NCBI GenBank assembly: GCA_046350855.1
Contig: JAXLZM010000002.1
Span: 142,103-206,102, forward strand
Origin: Candidatus Anderseniibacteriota bacterium
GTDB lineage: Bacteria > Patescibacteriota > JAUYIX01
Direction: 5' to 3'
DNA length: 64,000 bases
The position numbers were made by a program, and so were the translations under genes. This document shows, in pieces, positions 30,510 through 43,173 of this stretch; position 1 is the first letter of the stretch, and each line of letters opens with the position of its first letter. The notes below the pieces were generated by a model that saw nothing but the letters and a program-made list of their open reading frames with translations, ran no database searches and was not told the origin of the DNA.

Positions 30510-32441
30510 CGGAGTTGCTGGCTGAGTTCGTGCGCGGCTTTTTTGCCGATGAGTTTACCGAGTTCCGTCTCGCTGGCATCAGCGATGGCACTTACCGTGC
30601 CGTACTTTTGAATGAGGAGTCGCTTTTTAGCGGGACCGATGCCGACGATCTCATCCAGGACCGAGCGGCGGCTGCGCTTGCCCCGGACCTGTCGGTGGAA
30701 CGTAATGGCAAAACGATGCGCCTCGTCGCGCATGCGCTGGACGAGATGCAGCTCACTCGATCCTGCCGGTAGTCGCACCGAGTCGGCTTTGTTCGGGACG
30801 AACAACTCCTCCTCACGCTTGGCAAGGCCAGTCAGCGGAATGTCGAGATCAAGCTCACGTAAAATTTGCAGCGCGGCACCGAGCTGCGGCTTGCCTCCAT
30901 CCACAATGATCAAGTCCGGCTTGGGCCAACGTGGATCATTGGTCACTAAGTGACGTAGGCGACGTCTTAGGACTTCTTTGAGCATGCCGACGTCGTTGGG
31001 TTCTTCCCGCAAGAGTCCTGGCAATCTTAAAACGCCGATAAGCCTGCTTGTTGGGCCTGCCTTTGTCAAAAACGACCATCGAGCCGACCGCCGAGGTGCC
31101 TTGGATGTTGGAGATATCGTAAATCTCGACGCGGTCCAAGCCGGCGTTGGCAGAACCGGTACCTATAGCCGCCTTTTTTTTAAGCGGAGGCGTAAGCGCC
31201 TTGGCCAAGCCCGCGAGCGCCGCCTGTACGTTGAGATCAGCCGCTGCCCACTCGTGGGTTTTGCGCGCTCTAAATTCTTGGGCGTTTTCTTCGGCCATGG
31301 CGAGGAGGCGCTTGTTGAGACCGGCGCGGGGGACCACGATTTGCGGGGCGTGTTTGAGCTCGAGGGCCTGTGTGCGTGTACGGAGCAGCTGGGTCAGGGC
31401 CACTTGGTCGGACAATTTGGTGCCGAGGATGAGCTGTTTAGGTATAAAGGTAGCTTGCTCGTAGTGCTCGACGATGAGGCGACGCAGCACTTCCTCGTCC
31501 GTGGCGCCCGCCGCGAGCGTCACCACAAAATGCTCTTGACCGAGCACCTTGCCGTCTCTAATTAACATAAGTGCTGCAAAGGCGCGGTTGCGCTCGCGGT
31601 CGGTCACGACCCCTAGCACATCTTGATTAGTAAAACGGGGTGAGAGCACGACTTGCTTTGCGGTGAGGTGTTCGATTTGCTTAATTTGGTCGCGCAACCG
31701 CGCGGCGCGTTCAAACAAATGTGCGGCAGCGGCGCGCTCCATCTCTCGGCGCAGATCCTGCATGACAAAGTCGAGCTTGCCCTCGAGAAAGAGTAGGACC
31801 TTATCGATCACGGCGCGATAGTCCTCGCGAGAAATATTCTCGATGCAGGGGGCGTCGCAGCGACCCATGTGGTAGCGCAGGCACGGTCGGTAGCCGCGCG
31901 CTTTAATCGTGCCGGCCGGTGCTGCCTTAGACCCAGGTGAGGCCGAGACCTGCAAATCGAGGTCGCAGGTCCGGTACGGAAAAATCCGCTGCAATAAGCG
32001 CAGCGTATCGCGCACCGCAAAGCTATTGGTAAACGGCCCAAAATAGCGGGCGCCATCTTTTGCGACCCGACGCACCGTCTCGACCTGCGGAAAATCTTCC
32101 TGCACCGTCACCTTAATAAACAAATAGTGCTTATCGTCTTTGAGGACCACGTTGTAGCGAGGCTCATACTTTTTAATGAGGATTGACTCGAGGATCAGCG
32201 CCTCCATCTCGCTGCTCACCACGATGGTCTCGATGTCGGCCACCTGACGCATCATGGAGAACTTGGCCGGCGCAAAGTTGGGTGTGGTATGGAAGTACGA
32301 GCGCACGCGGTTGCGCAAGACCTTGGCCTTGCCCACGTACAAAACCGTTCCACCGCTGTCTCTAAATAAATAGCAGCCCGGTTTTTTGGGTAACGTCGCC
32401 AACCGTTGCGTAATTTTTTTGCTCAAGGGTGAACCCGACAT
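30506..32441 (-). CDS. uvrC: Excinuclease ABC subunit C, one frameshift near 31010
   Basis: LP.KPGCY.F, YVGKAKVLRNRVRSYF, YDISNIQG, YRRFKI; second frame PND..ML, PDLIIVDGGKPQL, RDEAHRFAI, GIGPAK. Confidence 0.93.
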
Positions 32442-32514
32442 CCTAGCCATGCTAAACGAACAGAGTACGGTCTTTTTGTGGTCCAGTCAACCGTGGTATA
32501 CTCCTGGCACTCCC

Positions 32515-32634
32515 ATGAAAGGCTCAACGATTTTGTATATTCTCGCGGGTCTCATCCTCATCGCCTTTGCCGGTTTTTTGATCTACTGGCGCGCGTTTGA
32601 GGTGGCGACCGGCGTGCAGTTGTACGGACGCTAA
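32515..32634 (+). CDS. 39-aa single-TM small protein
   Basis: MKGSTILYILAGLILIAFAGFLIYWRAFEVATGVQLYGR; TG-G-TATACT 12 nt upstream. Confidence 0.55.
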   Translation: MKGSTILYILAGLILIAFAGFLIYWRAFEVATGVQLYGR

Positions 32635-32692
32635 ACCGGTTGCTCAACAAGTAGCTAGTTGCTAGCATCTAATCCGCTACGGGAGGTGGCAG

Positions 32693-33133
32693 ATGTCCCT
32701 TTGGATCATAGGAGTCTTTGCACTTCTGGGAGTTGTTCTTTTTTGCATCGCGCGTGCCCACGCCTACAGTCGCACACCCCTGGCAACCTTGGGGGTCATT
32801 CGGGACGCTCTGGAAGAACCGTTCATCCGCGTGGATGACCGCACGACTGCCGAGCCCAACATCCGGCTGCGCAATCGACACCTAGACGTGTCGTATCTCT
32901 TGGACGAGTCCAAGGGGCAACGGCGACAAGTGTTCTTCTTTGTGCACGAACGCACCGGATTCTCCGTTCGCATCAAGCGCCGGCCAGAGTCCATCCGGAT
33001 CATGGTCAACGGGGCCCAAGTCGTAGTGCTCGACCGTCCCTCGCGTGATCTAGTCAGGCGCATGATCGAGCGGGTGCTCGAGGCGGTGGACGAACTCCCC
33101 GAGCCCGGTTTGCCGCAGCTGGTCAGCGCATGA
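32693..33133 (+). CDS. Hypothetical protein with N-terminal TM
   Basis: TTGCTC-17-TAGCAT promoter, GGAGG 6 nt before ATG, own terminator. Confidence 0.7.
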   Translation: MSLWIIGVFALLGVVLFCIARAHAYSRTPLATLGVIRDALEEPFIRVDDRTTAEPNIRLRNRHLDVSYLLDESKGQRRQVFFFVHERTGFSVRIKRRPESIRIMVNGAQVVVLDRPSRDLVRRMIERVLEAVDELPEPGLPQLVSA

Positions 33134-33163
33134 GCTACCGGCGCCATCCGGGCAGTATCAGGT

Positions 33164-33197
33164 CGAGCGTTCTCTATCCAGAGGACGCTCGTTTTTT
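33164..33197 (+). terminator. Intrinsic terminator
   Basis: CGAGCGTTCTCT-ATCC-AGAGGACGCTCG-TTTTTT. Confidence 0.8.
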
Positions 33198-33339
33198 ATA
33201 TGTGCGTGTACTTGTGTGCTGGTGGACTTGCCAAGGGTCTGACAAGGCCGTATACTGGCCGGTTTGCCCCTGGGGTCCAGTTAGTGGGTCTTGGTTCTAC
33301 CCTTGATCGCTCGGAGATTTTGCGATAGGCTCTGGGCTT

Positions 33340-36306
<2,967 letters not shown>

Positions 36307-36317
36307 CACAACTAGAA

Positions 36318-36935
36318 ATGTCCGAAATTCTCGGCGCGCTGGATGGAATAAAAAACTCCATTGATGCACTTCACAGATCTTTTTGGCAAGACATTTTATC
36401 CGGAGGTATCGGCGCCCTACTTGGCACCTTTTCTGCGTTCATACTTGGCGTTTATTCTCAGCGGAAAATACAGCGTAAATCGCTTCTGACCAACCTTCGC
36501 CCCGCTGCAATTAAGGACTACAGAAAGATTTGTGAAGCACCCTTAGCAGGAAGACCGTATGTTGCGGTTGACTTTGCAACTGGCTATAGCCGACCCAATC
36601 AATTGTTTTTGCCGTTGCAGCTCGATCTTTCAGACCTAAGCGCGCTTTGGGGCCGCGATCGAGAAGCCACGGAACAACTCAGAAAATCGATCGAAAAGTA
36701 TAACAAGCAAGTCGTAGTACTCTTTAAGAAGCTTTGTCTTAAAGCGCAAGAGGACTGCAAGACTTTTGTTCAAGAAGAAAACCTGCGTACGATACTCGCA
36801 AACTCGCTCCTTCAAATAAAAGAGCCAAATAACTGGCCTTACATCCAATACGTTTTAGACTCAGAAAGTGGCAAGGAGATTAAAAGTTTGTATTCTGAAG
36901 TGAAAAGTTCTTATGAACAGTTTATCGGCTTGTGA
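36318..36935 (+). CDS. Hypothetical protein with one N-terminal TM
   Basis: 205-aa ORF, hydrophobic GGIGALLGTFSAFILG. Confidence 0.6.
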   Translation: MSEILGALDGIKNSIDALHRSFWQDILSGGIGALLGTFSAFILGVYSQRKIQRKSLLTNLRPAAIKDYRKICEAPLAGRPYVAVDFATGYSRPNQLFLPLQLDLSDLSALWGRDREATEQLRKSIEKYNKQVVVLFKKLCLKAQEDCKTFVQEENLRTILANSLLQIKEPNNWPYIQYVLDSESGKEIKSLYSEVKSSYEQFIGL

Positions 36936-36956
36936 TTATTCCTTAACGCTTACGAA

Positions 36957-37304
36957 ATGAAAATTCGTACGATCTATTTCAAGGTCAAGAATGTCAAAAA
37001 AGCCGCCGCATTTTGGGAGGGATTCCTTGGAGTCAAACCACATAAGACCTTTGATGAATGGTATGAGTTCATGACCGACAACATTAGACTGGGTTTATAC
37101 AAGAACACTGGTGACAAGTTTGCTGGCAGTAATTGCATTCCCGTTTTTGAGTTTAGCGATGCGGAGGTTGGTCAGTACGTTGAACGCGCAAAGGAGCTTG
37201 GAGCAAAGGTTCTGTTTGATTCTCTCAATGACCCAGATGTTTTAAGTGTTGGATTTAGAGATCCATTTGGACACGAGTTTGAAGTCAGTAAATTTCACAA
37301 CTAA
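36957..37304 (+). CDS. VOC/glyoxalase family protein
   Basis: VKNVKKAAAFWE.FLG, RAKELGAKV, FRDPFGHEFE. Confidence 0.88.
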   Translation: MKIRTIYFKVKNVKKAAAFWEGFLGVKPHKTFDEWYEFMTDNIRLGLYKNTGDKFAGSNCIPVFEFSDAEVGQYVERAKELGAKVLFDSLNDPDVLSVGFRDPFGHEFEVSKFHN

Positions 37305-37312
37305 TTGAGCCA

Positions 37313-37852
37313 ATGGTCACAATCATCTTCGAATCACATAGCACAACGACGGACAACGAAAAAGAACTCTCGTCCGGCCACAATGACGTGGGGCTCTCCG
37401 AGTTAGGGATCAAGCAATCCCACGAGCTTGGTGAGAGATATAAAGCTGTTCATGTAGATGCAGTGTTTGCGTCTGATCTAAAGCGAGCCTACAAAACCGG
37501 AGAAATTGCTTTTAAAGGGAGGGGCATCCCAATTATCAAAGACAGGCGTCTCCGCGAGGTAGATTATGGCGAACTCACCCAGCATCCCGGAGAAGAAGTG
37601 AAGAAGCTCAAGCCCGGGTTTATTACAAAACCGTTCCCGGGCGGCGAGAGTTACCAGCAAACTTCCGAGCGCATGAAATCTTTTTTGCAGGATCTGCTCA
37701 AAAAGTACGACGGTAAGACCGTTATGGTTATCGGACATCGCGCAACCCAATACGGTTTAGAGCACTGGATTAACGGTATCCCCTTGGAACAAGTTATCCC
37801 TGCGCCATGGAAGTGGCGGCCGGGTTGGAAGTACGAGCTGAAAAGCCTTTGA
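37313..37852 (+). CDS. Histidine phosphatase (phosphoglycerate mutase-like) family protein
   Basis: SGHNDVGLS..G, SDLKRA.KT, RLREVDYG, PGGESY, VIGH; ESH in place of RHG. Confidence 0.88.
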   Translation: MVTIIFESHSTTTDNEKELSSGHNDVGLSELGIKQSHELGERYKAVHVDAVFASDLKRAYKTGEIAFKGRGIPIIKDRRLREVDYGELTQHPGEEVKKLKPGFITKPFPGGESYQQTSERMKSFLQDLLKKYDGKTVMVIGHRATQYGLEHWINGIPLEQVIPAPWKWRPGWKYELKSL

Positions 37853-37865
37853 CTTTACAAATAAG

Positions 37866-37894
37866 AAAAAGCACGTTGCCAGGGCGCAACGTGC
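37866..37894 (-). terminator. Intrinsic terminator on the minus strand
   Basis: GCACGTTGC-GCCCTG-GCAACGTGC-TTTTT on the minus strand. Confidence 0.75.
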
Positions 37895-38280
37895 AAAAGG
37901 AGAGTGGACAAGGCCCCATTGTACTTAGACGTATTACTTCCCTGAACACACGTCGTCGTCTCGCAAAGCCTCAAAGAGAGTTATAAATAGAGTTCTCTCT
38001 CGACGGTCTCCTGAAGCACAATCTTTTGGCTCAAAGAGTGTGACCGTCTGGCAAACTGCTACAGCGTGCTCTAACACCTCGAGTGGGGACCGTGTCCCAA
38101 AGAAGCAGTTCGTAGTCCTCGCAGGGATGCGAGGGAGCCAGCAGCATGAAGCGAGTGAAGGTGCAGGTGTGGGCCGTAGCTAGGAGCTGCTACTTGCCCT
38201 ACTTGGTCACTGGAAACCGCTCATCGTTCACCTCCTGGTTTCAGTGGCGGGAAAATAGCATACGATTAGCTGATGGTCAA
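37866..38280 (-). other. Candidate stand-alone transcription unit: structured RNA, micro-ORF or decayed gene
   Basis: TTGACC-17-(TG)TATTTT promoter, AGGAGG-6nt-ATG, several stems, terminator; no ORF of 60 aa or more. Confidence 0.45.
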
Positions 38281-38308
38281 GACCCTCGGTTTTAGGTAGA
38301 GTTTATTC

Positions 38309-38992
38309 ATGAAAACCGCTCTAATCACCGGTACCGGCAAAGGAATAGGTCACGCTACCGCAGATCTTTTTCTCACCAAGGGCTGGCGCGTTATCGGTAC
38401 ATACACGCATGACAAGGGAACCATCGTCTCACCAAACTACAGCGAGATCAAATTAGATCTGCACTCCAAAAAGAGCGTCGCGGATGCGGCGAAAAGTATC
38501 GCCAAACTCGCTCCACAGATCGACGTGCTTATTAACAACGCCGGAATCGCGCCTGACGCTCTCAAGACCAAGGCCGATATGGAAAAAATCCGTGTGACTT
38601 TTGAGGTCAACGTCTTTGGCTTGATCGATCTGACGGAAAAAGTTCTACCGCTGCTCGCGACCGGCAGTCATGTCATCAATGTTAGTTCTCGGTATGGATC
38701 GTTCAACTTTAAGATCGTTGACTCGTATGCCACGGCCTATCGCATGTCAAAGGCCGCGCTCAATATGTACACACGCATGCTGGCTTTTCGGCTTAAAGAT
38801 AAAAAGATGCGTGTATCGGCGATTCATCCAGGCTGGGTAAAAACGGATATGGGTAACATGGGAGTCGGACCACAGGATAAAGCGCGTCCTGATCGGGAAC
38901 CAAAAGATGCCGCTGCGGACATCTACAGGCTTGCCACGAGTGATGTGGAGTCGGGCCAGTTTTGGTTTAAGGGCAGACAGTTTGAGTGGTAA
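38309..38992 (+). CDS. Short-chain dehydrogenase/reductase
   Basis: TGTGKGIG, LINNAG, YRMSKAALN, IHPGWVKTDMG. Confidence 0.95.
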   Translation: MKTALITGTGKGIGHATADLFLTKGWRVIGTYTHDKGTIVSPNYSEIKLDLHSKKSVADAAKSIAKLAPQIDVLINNAGIAPDALKTKADMEKIRVTFEVNVFGLIDLTEKVLPLLATGSHVINVSSRYGSFNFKIVDSYATAYRMSKAALNMYTRMLAFRLKDKKMRVSAIHPGWVKTDMGNMGVGPQDKARPDREPKDAAADIYRLATSDVESGQFWFKGRQFEW

Positions 38993-39001
38993 CAGAATCT
39001 T

Positions 39002-39499
39002 ATGTCCAATAGTTCATCCAACGAAATTAAAGTAGCGGTCGGTGCCTTTATTGCTAACGATAAGGGCCAGGTACTACTGGGCCTGAGAAAAAACGTGGCC
39101 GGAGCGGGCGAATGGCAGGTGCCAGGCGGTCATCTAGAATATGGTGAGACGCTCATCGACGGGGCCCGTAGAGAGGTCAAAGAAGAAACGGGGCTCACAG
39201 TTGGCGAGATGCGACTTGTTTCGGTTATCGACGAGAGCCCAGAGGTTATGGGGCGAACCACTCACTACGTTACCGTAGACTTTTCGGCCCACTACCTCGG
39301 TGGTACCCCCGTTGTTATGGAGCCGCACAAGTGTGGCGGGTGGCAGTGGTTCTCCCTGGATGCGCTGCCCGAGAAACTGTCGCAAGGGATGCGGATGGCG
39401 GTTGAGAACTATAAAAATAAGACCGTTTACAAGGCGAGGGATTTCACGATAAAAACTAAGCACCATGTTACAAAGCACGACTATGCTCAAAGCATTTAG
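39002..39499 (+). CDS. NUDIX hydrolase (NUDT15-like)
   Basis: PGGHLEYGETLIDGARREVKEETGL; EPHKC..W.WF. Confidence 0.93.
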   Translation: MSNSSSNEIKVAVGAFIANDKGQVLLGLRKNVAGAGEWQVPGGHLEYGETLIDGARREVKEETGLTVGEMRLVSVIDESPEVMGRTTHYVTVDFSAHYLGGTPVVMEPHKCGGWQWFSLDALPEKLSQGMRMAVENYKNKTVYKARDFTIKTKHHVTKHDYAQSI

Positions 39500-39785
39500 A
39501 AACGCCCTGCTTGCCACGGCCTATATCTCCGGAGTCGCCATGCTTATGTTCTTTGGGCAAAAGCATATCCCTGGCCCGGATACGTTTTTGATGCCGGTCG
39601 CAATGCTGAGCTTGCTGACGTTGTCAGCAGCCGTCATGGGGTATCTCTTTGTGTACCAACCAGCCACGCTTTTTCTCGCCAACAAAAAGGCAGAAGGTGT
39701 AAAGCTGTTCTTCCAGACCGTTGGGATTTTTGCAGGGATTACGACCATCGTTTTTGTGGCAGTCTTTTTGGGGATTGGTCGCTAG
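39483..39785 (+). CDS. Small three-TM membrane protein
   Basis: Three hydrophobic segments; P.AML.L..LSAAVMGYLF..P. Confidence 0.7.
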   Translation: MLKAFRNALLATAYISGVAMLMFFGQKHIPGPDTFLMPVAMLSLLTLSAAVMGYLFVYQPATLFLANKKAEGVKLFFQTVGIFAGITTIVFVAVFLGIGR

Positions 39786-39830
39786 CCGGTGTACCATTGC
39801 GGCATGTCTAAGTTGTAACCGTTCACCCAC

Positions 39831-40175
39831 ATGAAGCGAGCCGGAATCATACTCATCATCGTTGGCGTCTTTGCAACGCTCTGGGGTGCTTACGCGCTTA
39901 TGATGGCGTTTAATGGCTACACGATGGATACGTCGTACCTGGGTCGGGGGACCGGGCTGGGCTATAGCGTCAGTGCGACGACGGATGCCAATGGCAAATT
40001 GGTTCCGATAACACCGGAACAAGAAGCTGCTGCAGCCGCTGAGTATGATGTGGGCTATCAGGCGAACATCAGGCAGCACAAGCTTCGCGGATCGCTAATG
40101 CTCGGCGCTGGTGTCGTCGCCTTAGCGGTGGGTATTGGTCTCACCGCAGCCAGTAAGCGCAAGTCCAAAAAATAG
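39831..40175 (+). CDS. Small two-TM membrane protein
   Basis: Two TM helices, basic C-tail. Confidence 0.65.
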   Translation: MKRAGIILIIVGVFATLWGAYALMMAFNGYTMDTSYLGRGTGLGYSVSATTDANGKLVPITPEQEAAAAAEYDVGYQANIRQHKLRGSLMLGAGVVALAVGIGLTAASKRKSKK

Positions 40176-40176
40176 A

Positions 40177-40752
40177 TTGAAAAAAGTATTGCTCGGTTTA
40201 GAAAGAGGTTCAGTCAAGTTAGTGCCCCACGATCCACGCTGGGTAAGACTTTTTCAAAAGCAAAAGAAAATACTGAAAGACACATTTGGCGATACGATAC
40301 TTGCGATCGAACACGTCGGCAGCACGGCGATTCCCGGCATGCCCGCAAAGCCCATTATCGATATCGATGTGGGTGTTCGCTCAATGAGGGACATTGTGGC
40401 TATGCGTAAAAAGTTTAAAGCCCTAGGCTATCAGCACCGTCCCTTTGTCCCCGGTGTTACCAAGGGCGAACTCAAAAAACAAGAACTCTTTGTGGTTGGG
40501 TCGGGCGCAAAACGCACGCACCATATCCACATTGCGATATTTGGGAGTAACTATTGGAACAATAATATTCTGTTTCGTGATTACCTACGGGCGCATCCTG
40601 CTCGAGCTAAAAAATATGCTGCGCTCAAATGTCAACTTGTAAAAAAGTTTGCTAACGATCGCAACCGCTACACCAAAGCTAAAGAAAAGTTTATTTCTGC
40701 AACAATACAGTTGGCGCAGAAAAGGCATCCCAAACGGGTTGAGACGCCTTAA
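40177..40752 (+). CDS. GrpB/UPF0157 family nucleotidyltransferase-fold protein
   Basis: IEHVGSTAIPGMPAKPIIDIDV, RTHHIHI, FRDYLRAHP, YTKAKE.FI. Confidence 0.92.
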   Translation: MKKVLLGLERGSVKLVPHDPRWVRLFQKQKKILKDTFGDTILAIEHVGSTAIPGMPAKPIIDIDVGVRSMRDIVAMRKKFKALGYQHRPFVPGVTKGELKKQELFVVGSGAKRTHHIHIAIFGSNYWNNNILFRDYLRAHPARAKKYAALKCQLVKKFANDRNRYTKAKEKFISATIQLAQKRHPKRVETP

Positions 40753-40904
40753 AAAAGTTAATCTCGAAATTCAGACAGCAGCGGTGTACTTATCCACAGA
40801 CGATAGTCAAAAAGTGGTCATTTTTTAATCTTTTCTTAAGGTTTAACCCGTACAGTCGTGTTGTTCCATTGGAACAGTGCACGTTGACAGCTAGGAGCAT
40901 CAAG

Positions 40905-41444
40905 ATGAAGCAACTCATCGCGGGCAGCCATGCGGAATGCAAATCCCGCATCTGGTTGCTCGACCTGGATCCGATCATGGTCAAGCTCATGGACAAGAAG
41001 GAAGGAAAGGGCTGGACGCTCGAGCAGGCACTGCTTGCGGTCGGGGAGTACCGGCGGTTTCTCTTCCTGACCGTCACGCGTGAGGAGACCATCGTTCCGA
41101 CCGAGTTCGTGGACGCGGTCTGGCACGCTCACATCCTCGACACCATGAAGTACGCCAAGGACTGCGAGGAGATCTTCGGGTTCTTCTTGCACCACTTCCC
41201 GTACTTCGGGATGCGCGGTGAGGAAGACCAGGCCACCCTGCAGTCGACCTTCCGTGCCAGCGCCGGCATCTACGAGGCGGCCTTCGGGCAGCCGTATTAC
41301 GTCGGGCTGAACGGCGCCAACTGCGGCACGTGCGGTCCCAACGCCTGTGGTTCGTGCGCTGGTTCTGGACTGATCCCTCCACAGAAGGACGTCTTTCGGG
41401 ACGTGGTGCGGTCGGACCATCGTCCCGTACTGGCGATTGCCTGA
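40905..41444 (+). CDS. Glycine-rich-domain (GRDP/DUF1399-like) protein with Cys-rich tail
   Basis: EYRRFLFL...VPT..VDAVWHAHILDT.KY..DC...FG.FLHH.P; AGGAG SD before ATG 40905. Confidence 0.8.
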   Translation: MKQLIAGSHAECKSRIWLLDLDPIMVKLMDKKEGKGWTLEQALLAVGEYRRFLFLTVTREETIVPTEFVDAVWHAHILDTMKYAKDCEEIFGFFLHHFPYFGMRGEEDQATLQSTFRASAGIYEAAFGQPYYVGLNGANCGTCGPNACGSCAGSGLIPPQKDVFRDVVRSDHRPVLAIA

Positions 41445-41456
41445 AGCAACTCTATT

Positions 41457-41489
41457 GGGGCTTGGATAACATCCGAGCCCCGCTTTTTT
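41457..41489 (+). terminator. Intrinsic terminator
   Basis: GGGGCTTGGAT-AAC-ATCCGAGCCCC-GC-TTTTTT. Confidence 0.8.
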
Positions 41490-41523
41490 GAAAAATAGTT
41501 CTTGAATAGTAGTATCAACTTAT

Positions 41524-42129
41524 ATGGGTCAGCCTGTTATTCGAATTTCATACAATCGGCTTCTGGATCCGTTTTTCCGATCCTTTTTTGAATTACAGCA
41601 TGCCGGAACACCAAAAAACTCAACATATACTTCGCCAGAAGTAGTTTTGAAGAAAGTTTCTGAGTTTATCAATGCATGGAAAAAAAGAGAGTCGGTCTTG
41701 GAGTTTATGCAAGAAACGCTCTCGCTAGAGTTTTATCAAAATGCGATTGATGTGCACGTGGTTGGTTTTATTAAGCACGCGATTAGTTCGCCAATGATCA
41801 TTAGCAGTACGAAGTCTGTTGACGCATTTGTTGATTCTCTTACCCACGAACTTTTACATCGGCTTGTGAGTGATAACACAAAGAAAATTCCCGCTGGCAA
41901 GATTCTGCTTAATCTGTATCCAAAGGAATCGCGACTGTGCCGAAATCATATTGTTGTTCATGCGGTACTCAAAAAAATCTATCTCGAGTTTTTTAAAGAG
42001 GCTGAGCGGTTAACCGCTATTCAAGTGCGCGATAAAAAAGCATCTGCATATATGCGTGCCTGGGAGTTAGTCGATACGTTAGGGGCAGATTCTATAATTG
42101 CGCAATTCAAAAAAGGATATCAAAAATAA
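41524..42129 (+). CDS. Hypothetical HExxH (zincin-like) protein
   Basis: LTHELLHRL, NHIVVHA, Y.RAWE.V. Confidence 0.65.
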   Translation: MGQPVIRISYNRLLDPFFRSFFELQHAGTPKNSTYTSPEVVLKKVSEFINAWKKRESVLEFMQETLSLEFYQNAIDVHVVGFIKHAISSPMIISSTKSVDAFVDSLTHELLHRLVSDNTKKIPAGKILLNLYPKESRLCRNHIVVHAVLKKIYLEFFKEAERLTAIQVRDKKASAYMRAWELVDTLGADSIIAQFKKGYQK

Positions 42130-42138
42130 ATGGCGGCA

Positions 42139-43173
42139 TTAGAGCTTTTTGAGCTCGTATTTTGTTCTGCCAGTGTTAATTACTAAGATCTTCTTGCTGG
42201 CTGGCACCTTGTTTTTGAGTTGCAACAAAAGTGCTAAGCCTGCGATACCTGATGGTTCTGCCTCCACGTTTTGTGACTCAGCAAGCGCCATAGCTTGATC
42301 CAAGTATTTTTCCTGAATTTGCTGCACGCCGGATTCCGGTCCGCATAATCCCGCAAAGCGATAAAACTTAATCCACTGTTCATCAAAATGAACAAACGGC
42401 AAATGTGGTGAGTAGAGTTTTTGTGCTTTACTCTCTGGCGAGGTGGTAGTCGCTCCAATAAAGTTGCACTTGCGGAGCTTGTGCACGTTGCCCCTAAAAC
42501 GCGGATCGTGGTGCTCGGTTGTAACCTCGCGCTTGTTGATGTTGAGAATGTTCTCAAACAAGTTGCCCGTGCCGAACGGAATGAAACAGTAGTCTGGAGA
42601 TGCGTTGATGACCTCGTAGCTGAGCCAGTCGTAAAAGCGGGTGGTTGGCGCGAGGGCTTCATTGGAGGTAATGTCGAAGCCGGTTGGATTATTGGTTAAT
42701 GCCAAAATTTCGCGCCACTGGAGGGATTTTCTCGAGAGATCAGTGTCGTAGAGTTCACAGCCGATTTCTTTGAGGCGGCTTTGGATTTTATCGTCGAGGT
42801 GAGAATCGACTAGTACTTTGAGGTGGGGCAGGAGGTATTTGTTGAGCTGCATTTGTATTGCAAAGGCTGCGGTTCCGGATGAAATAATCGACATATGGGG
42901 GAGGGCACCGCGGAGTTCACCTCGTTTTTTGGATTGTAGAAACTCGCGGTAGGTCACAACGATCTCCCAGGCCATGCGATCCTTGTGCGTGCCAGTTGGG
43001 TTTTTGCTCTCATCTTTGAGCCAGACATTTTTGAATCCGGGCACCGTGATGCGGTAGGTCGGTGTGGCGGGAAACTTGGGATCGTCAGCAGGGAACTCTG
43101 GCCTCTGCGGGTCGTTTTCTGAAGCTACAACGATCGAGCGTAGGATTTTGTTTTCTTTGGTCGTAAGGGTCAC
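42139..43173 (-). CDS. PLP-dependent enzyme, fold type II (threonine/cysteine synthase-like)
   Basis: WLKDESKNPTGTHKDRMA (Schiff-base Lys), SSGTAA, PFGTGN, EPSG.AG, INTG. Confidence 0.88.
   Translation of the reverse strand: MTLTTKENKILRSIVVASENDPQRPEFPADDPKFPATPTYRITVPGFKNVWLKDESKNPTGTHKDRMAWEIVVTYREFLQSKKRGELRGALPHMSIISSGTAAFAIQMQLNKYLLPHLKVLVDSHLDDKIQSRLKEIGCELYDTDLSRKSLQWREILALTNNPTGFDITSNEALAPTTRFYDWLSYEVINASPDYCFIPFGTGNLFENILNINKREVTTEHHDPRFRGNVHKLRKCNFIGATTTSPESKAQKLYSPHLPFVHFDEQWIKFYRFAGLCGPESGVQQIQEKYLDQAMALAESQNVEAEPSGIAGLALLLQLKNKVPASKKILVINTGRTKYELKKL

Noticed and set aside
30936-31069. Split uvrC as a two-gene or recoded system
   Set aside because: A single extra base between RFKIARTL and EPND restores a normal UvrC; no slippery heptamer or stimulatory structure is evident.
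37313-37345. Missing RHG Arg in the histidine phosphatase as a novelty
   Set aside because: The catalytic His and downstream motifs are retained; a single change is too weak without an alignment.
38180-38224. Selenocysteine/pyrrolysine or alternative-code readthrough of the TGA and TAG in the 38224 frame
   Set aside because: It would need two different recodings within 15 codons, and TGA and TAG end normal genes throughout the window.
40790-40798. Perfect DnaA box TTATCCACA as oriC
   Set aside because: Single box, no cluster and no dnaA/dnaN nearby; one near-match at ~20132 is also isolated.
36318-42129. Integron-like cassette array (small co-oriented VOC, phosphatase, SDR, NUDIX, GrpB genes)
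   Set aside because: Most spacers are about 20 bp or less, no attC-like RYYYAAC...GTTRRRY pairs were seen, and there is no integron integrase.
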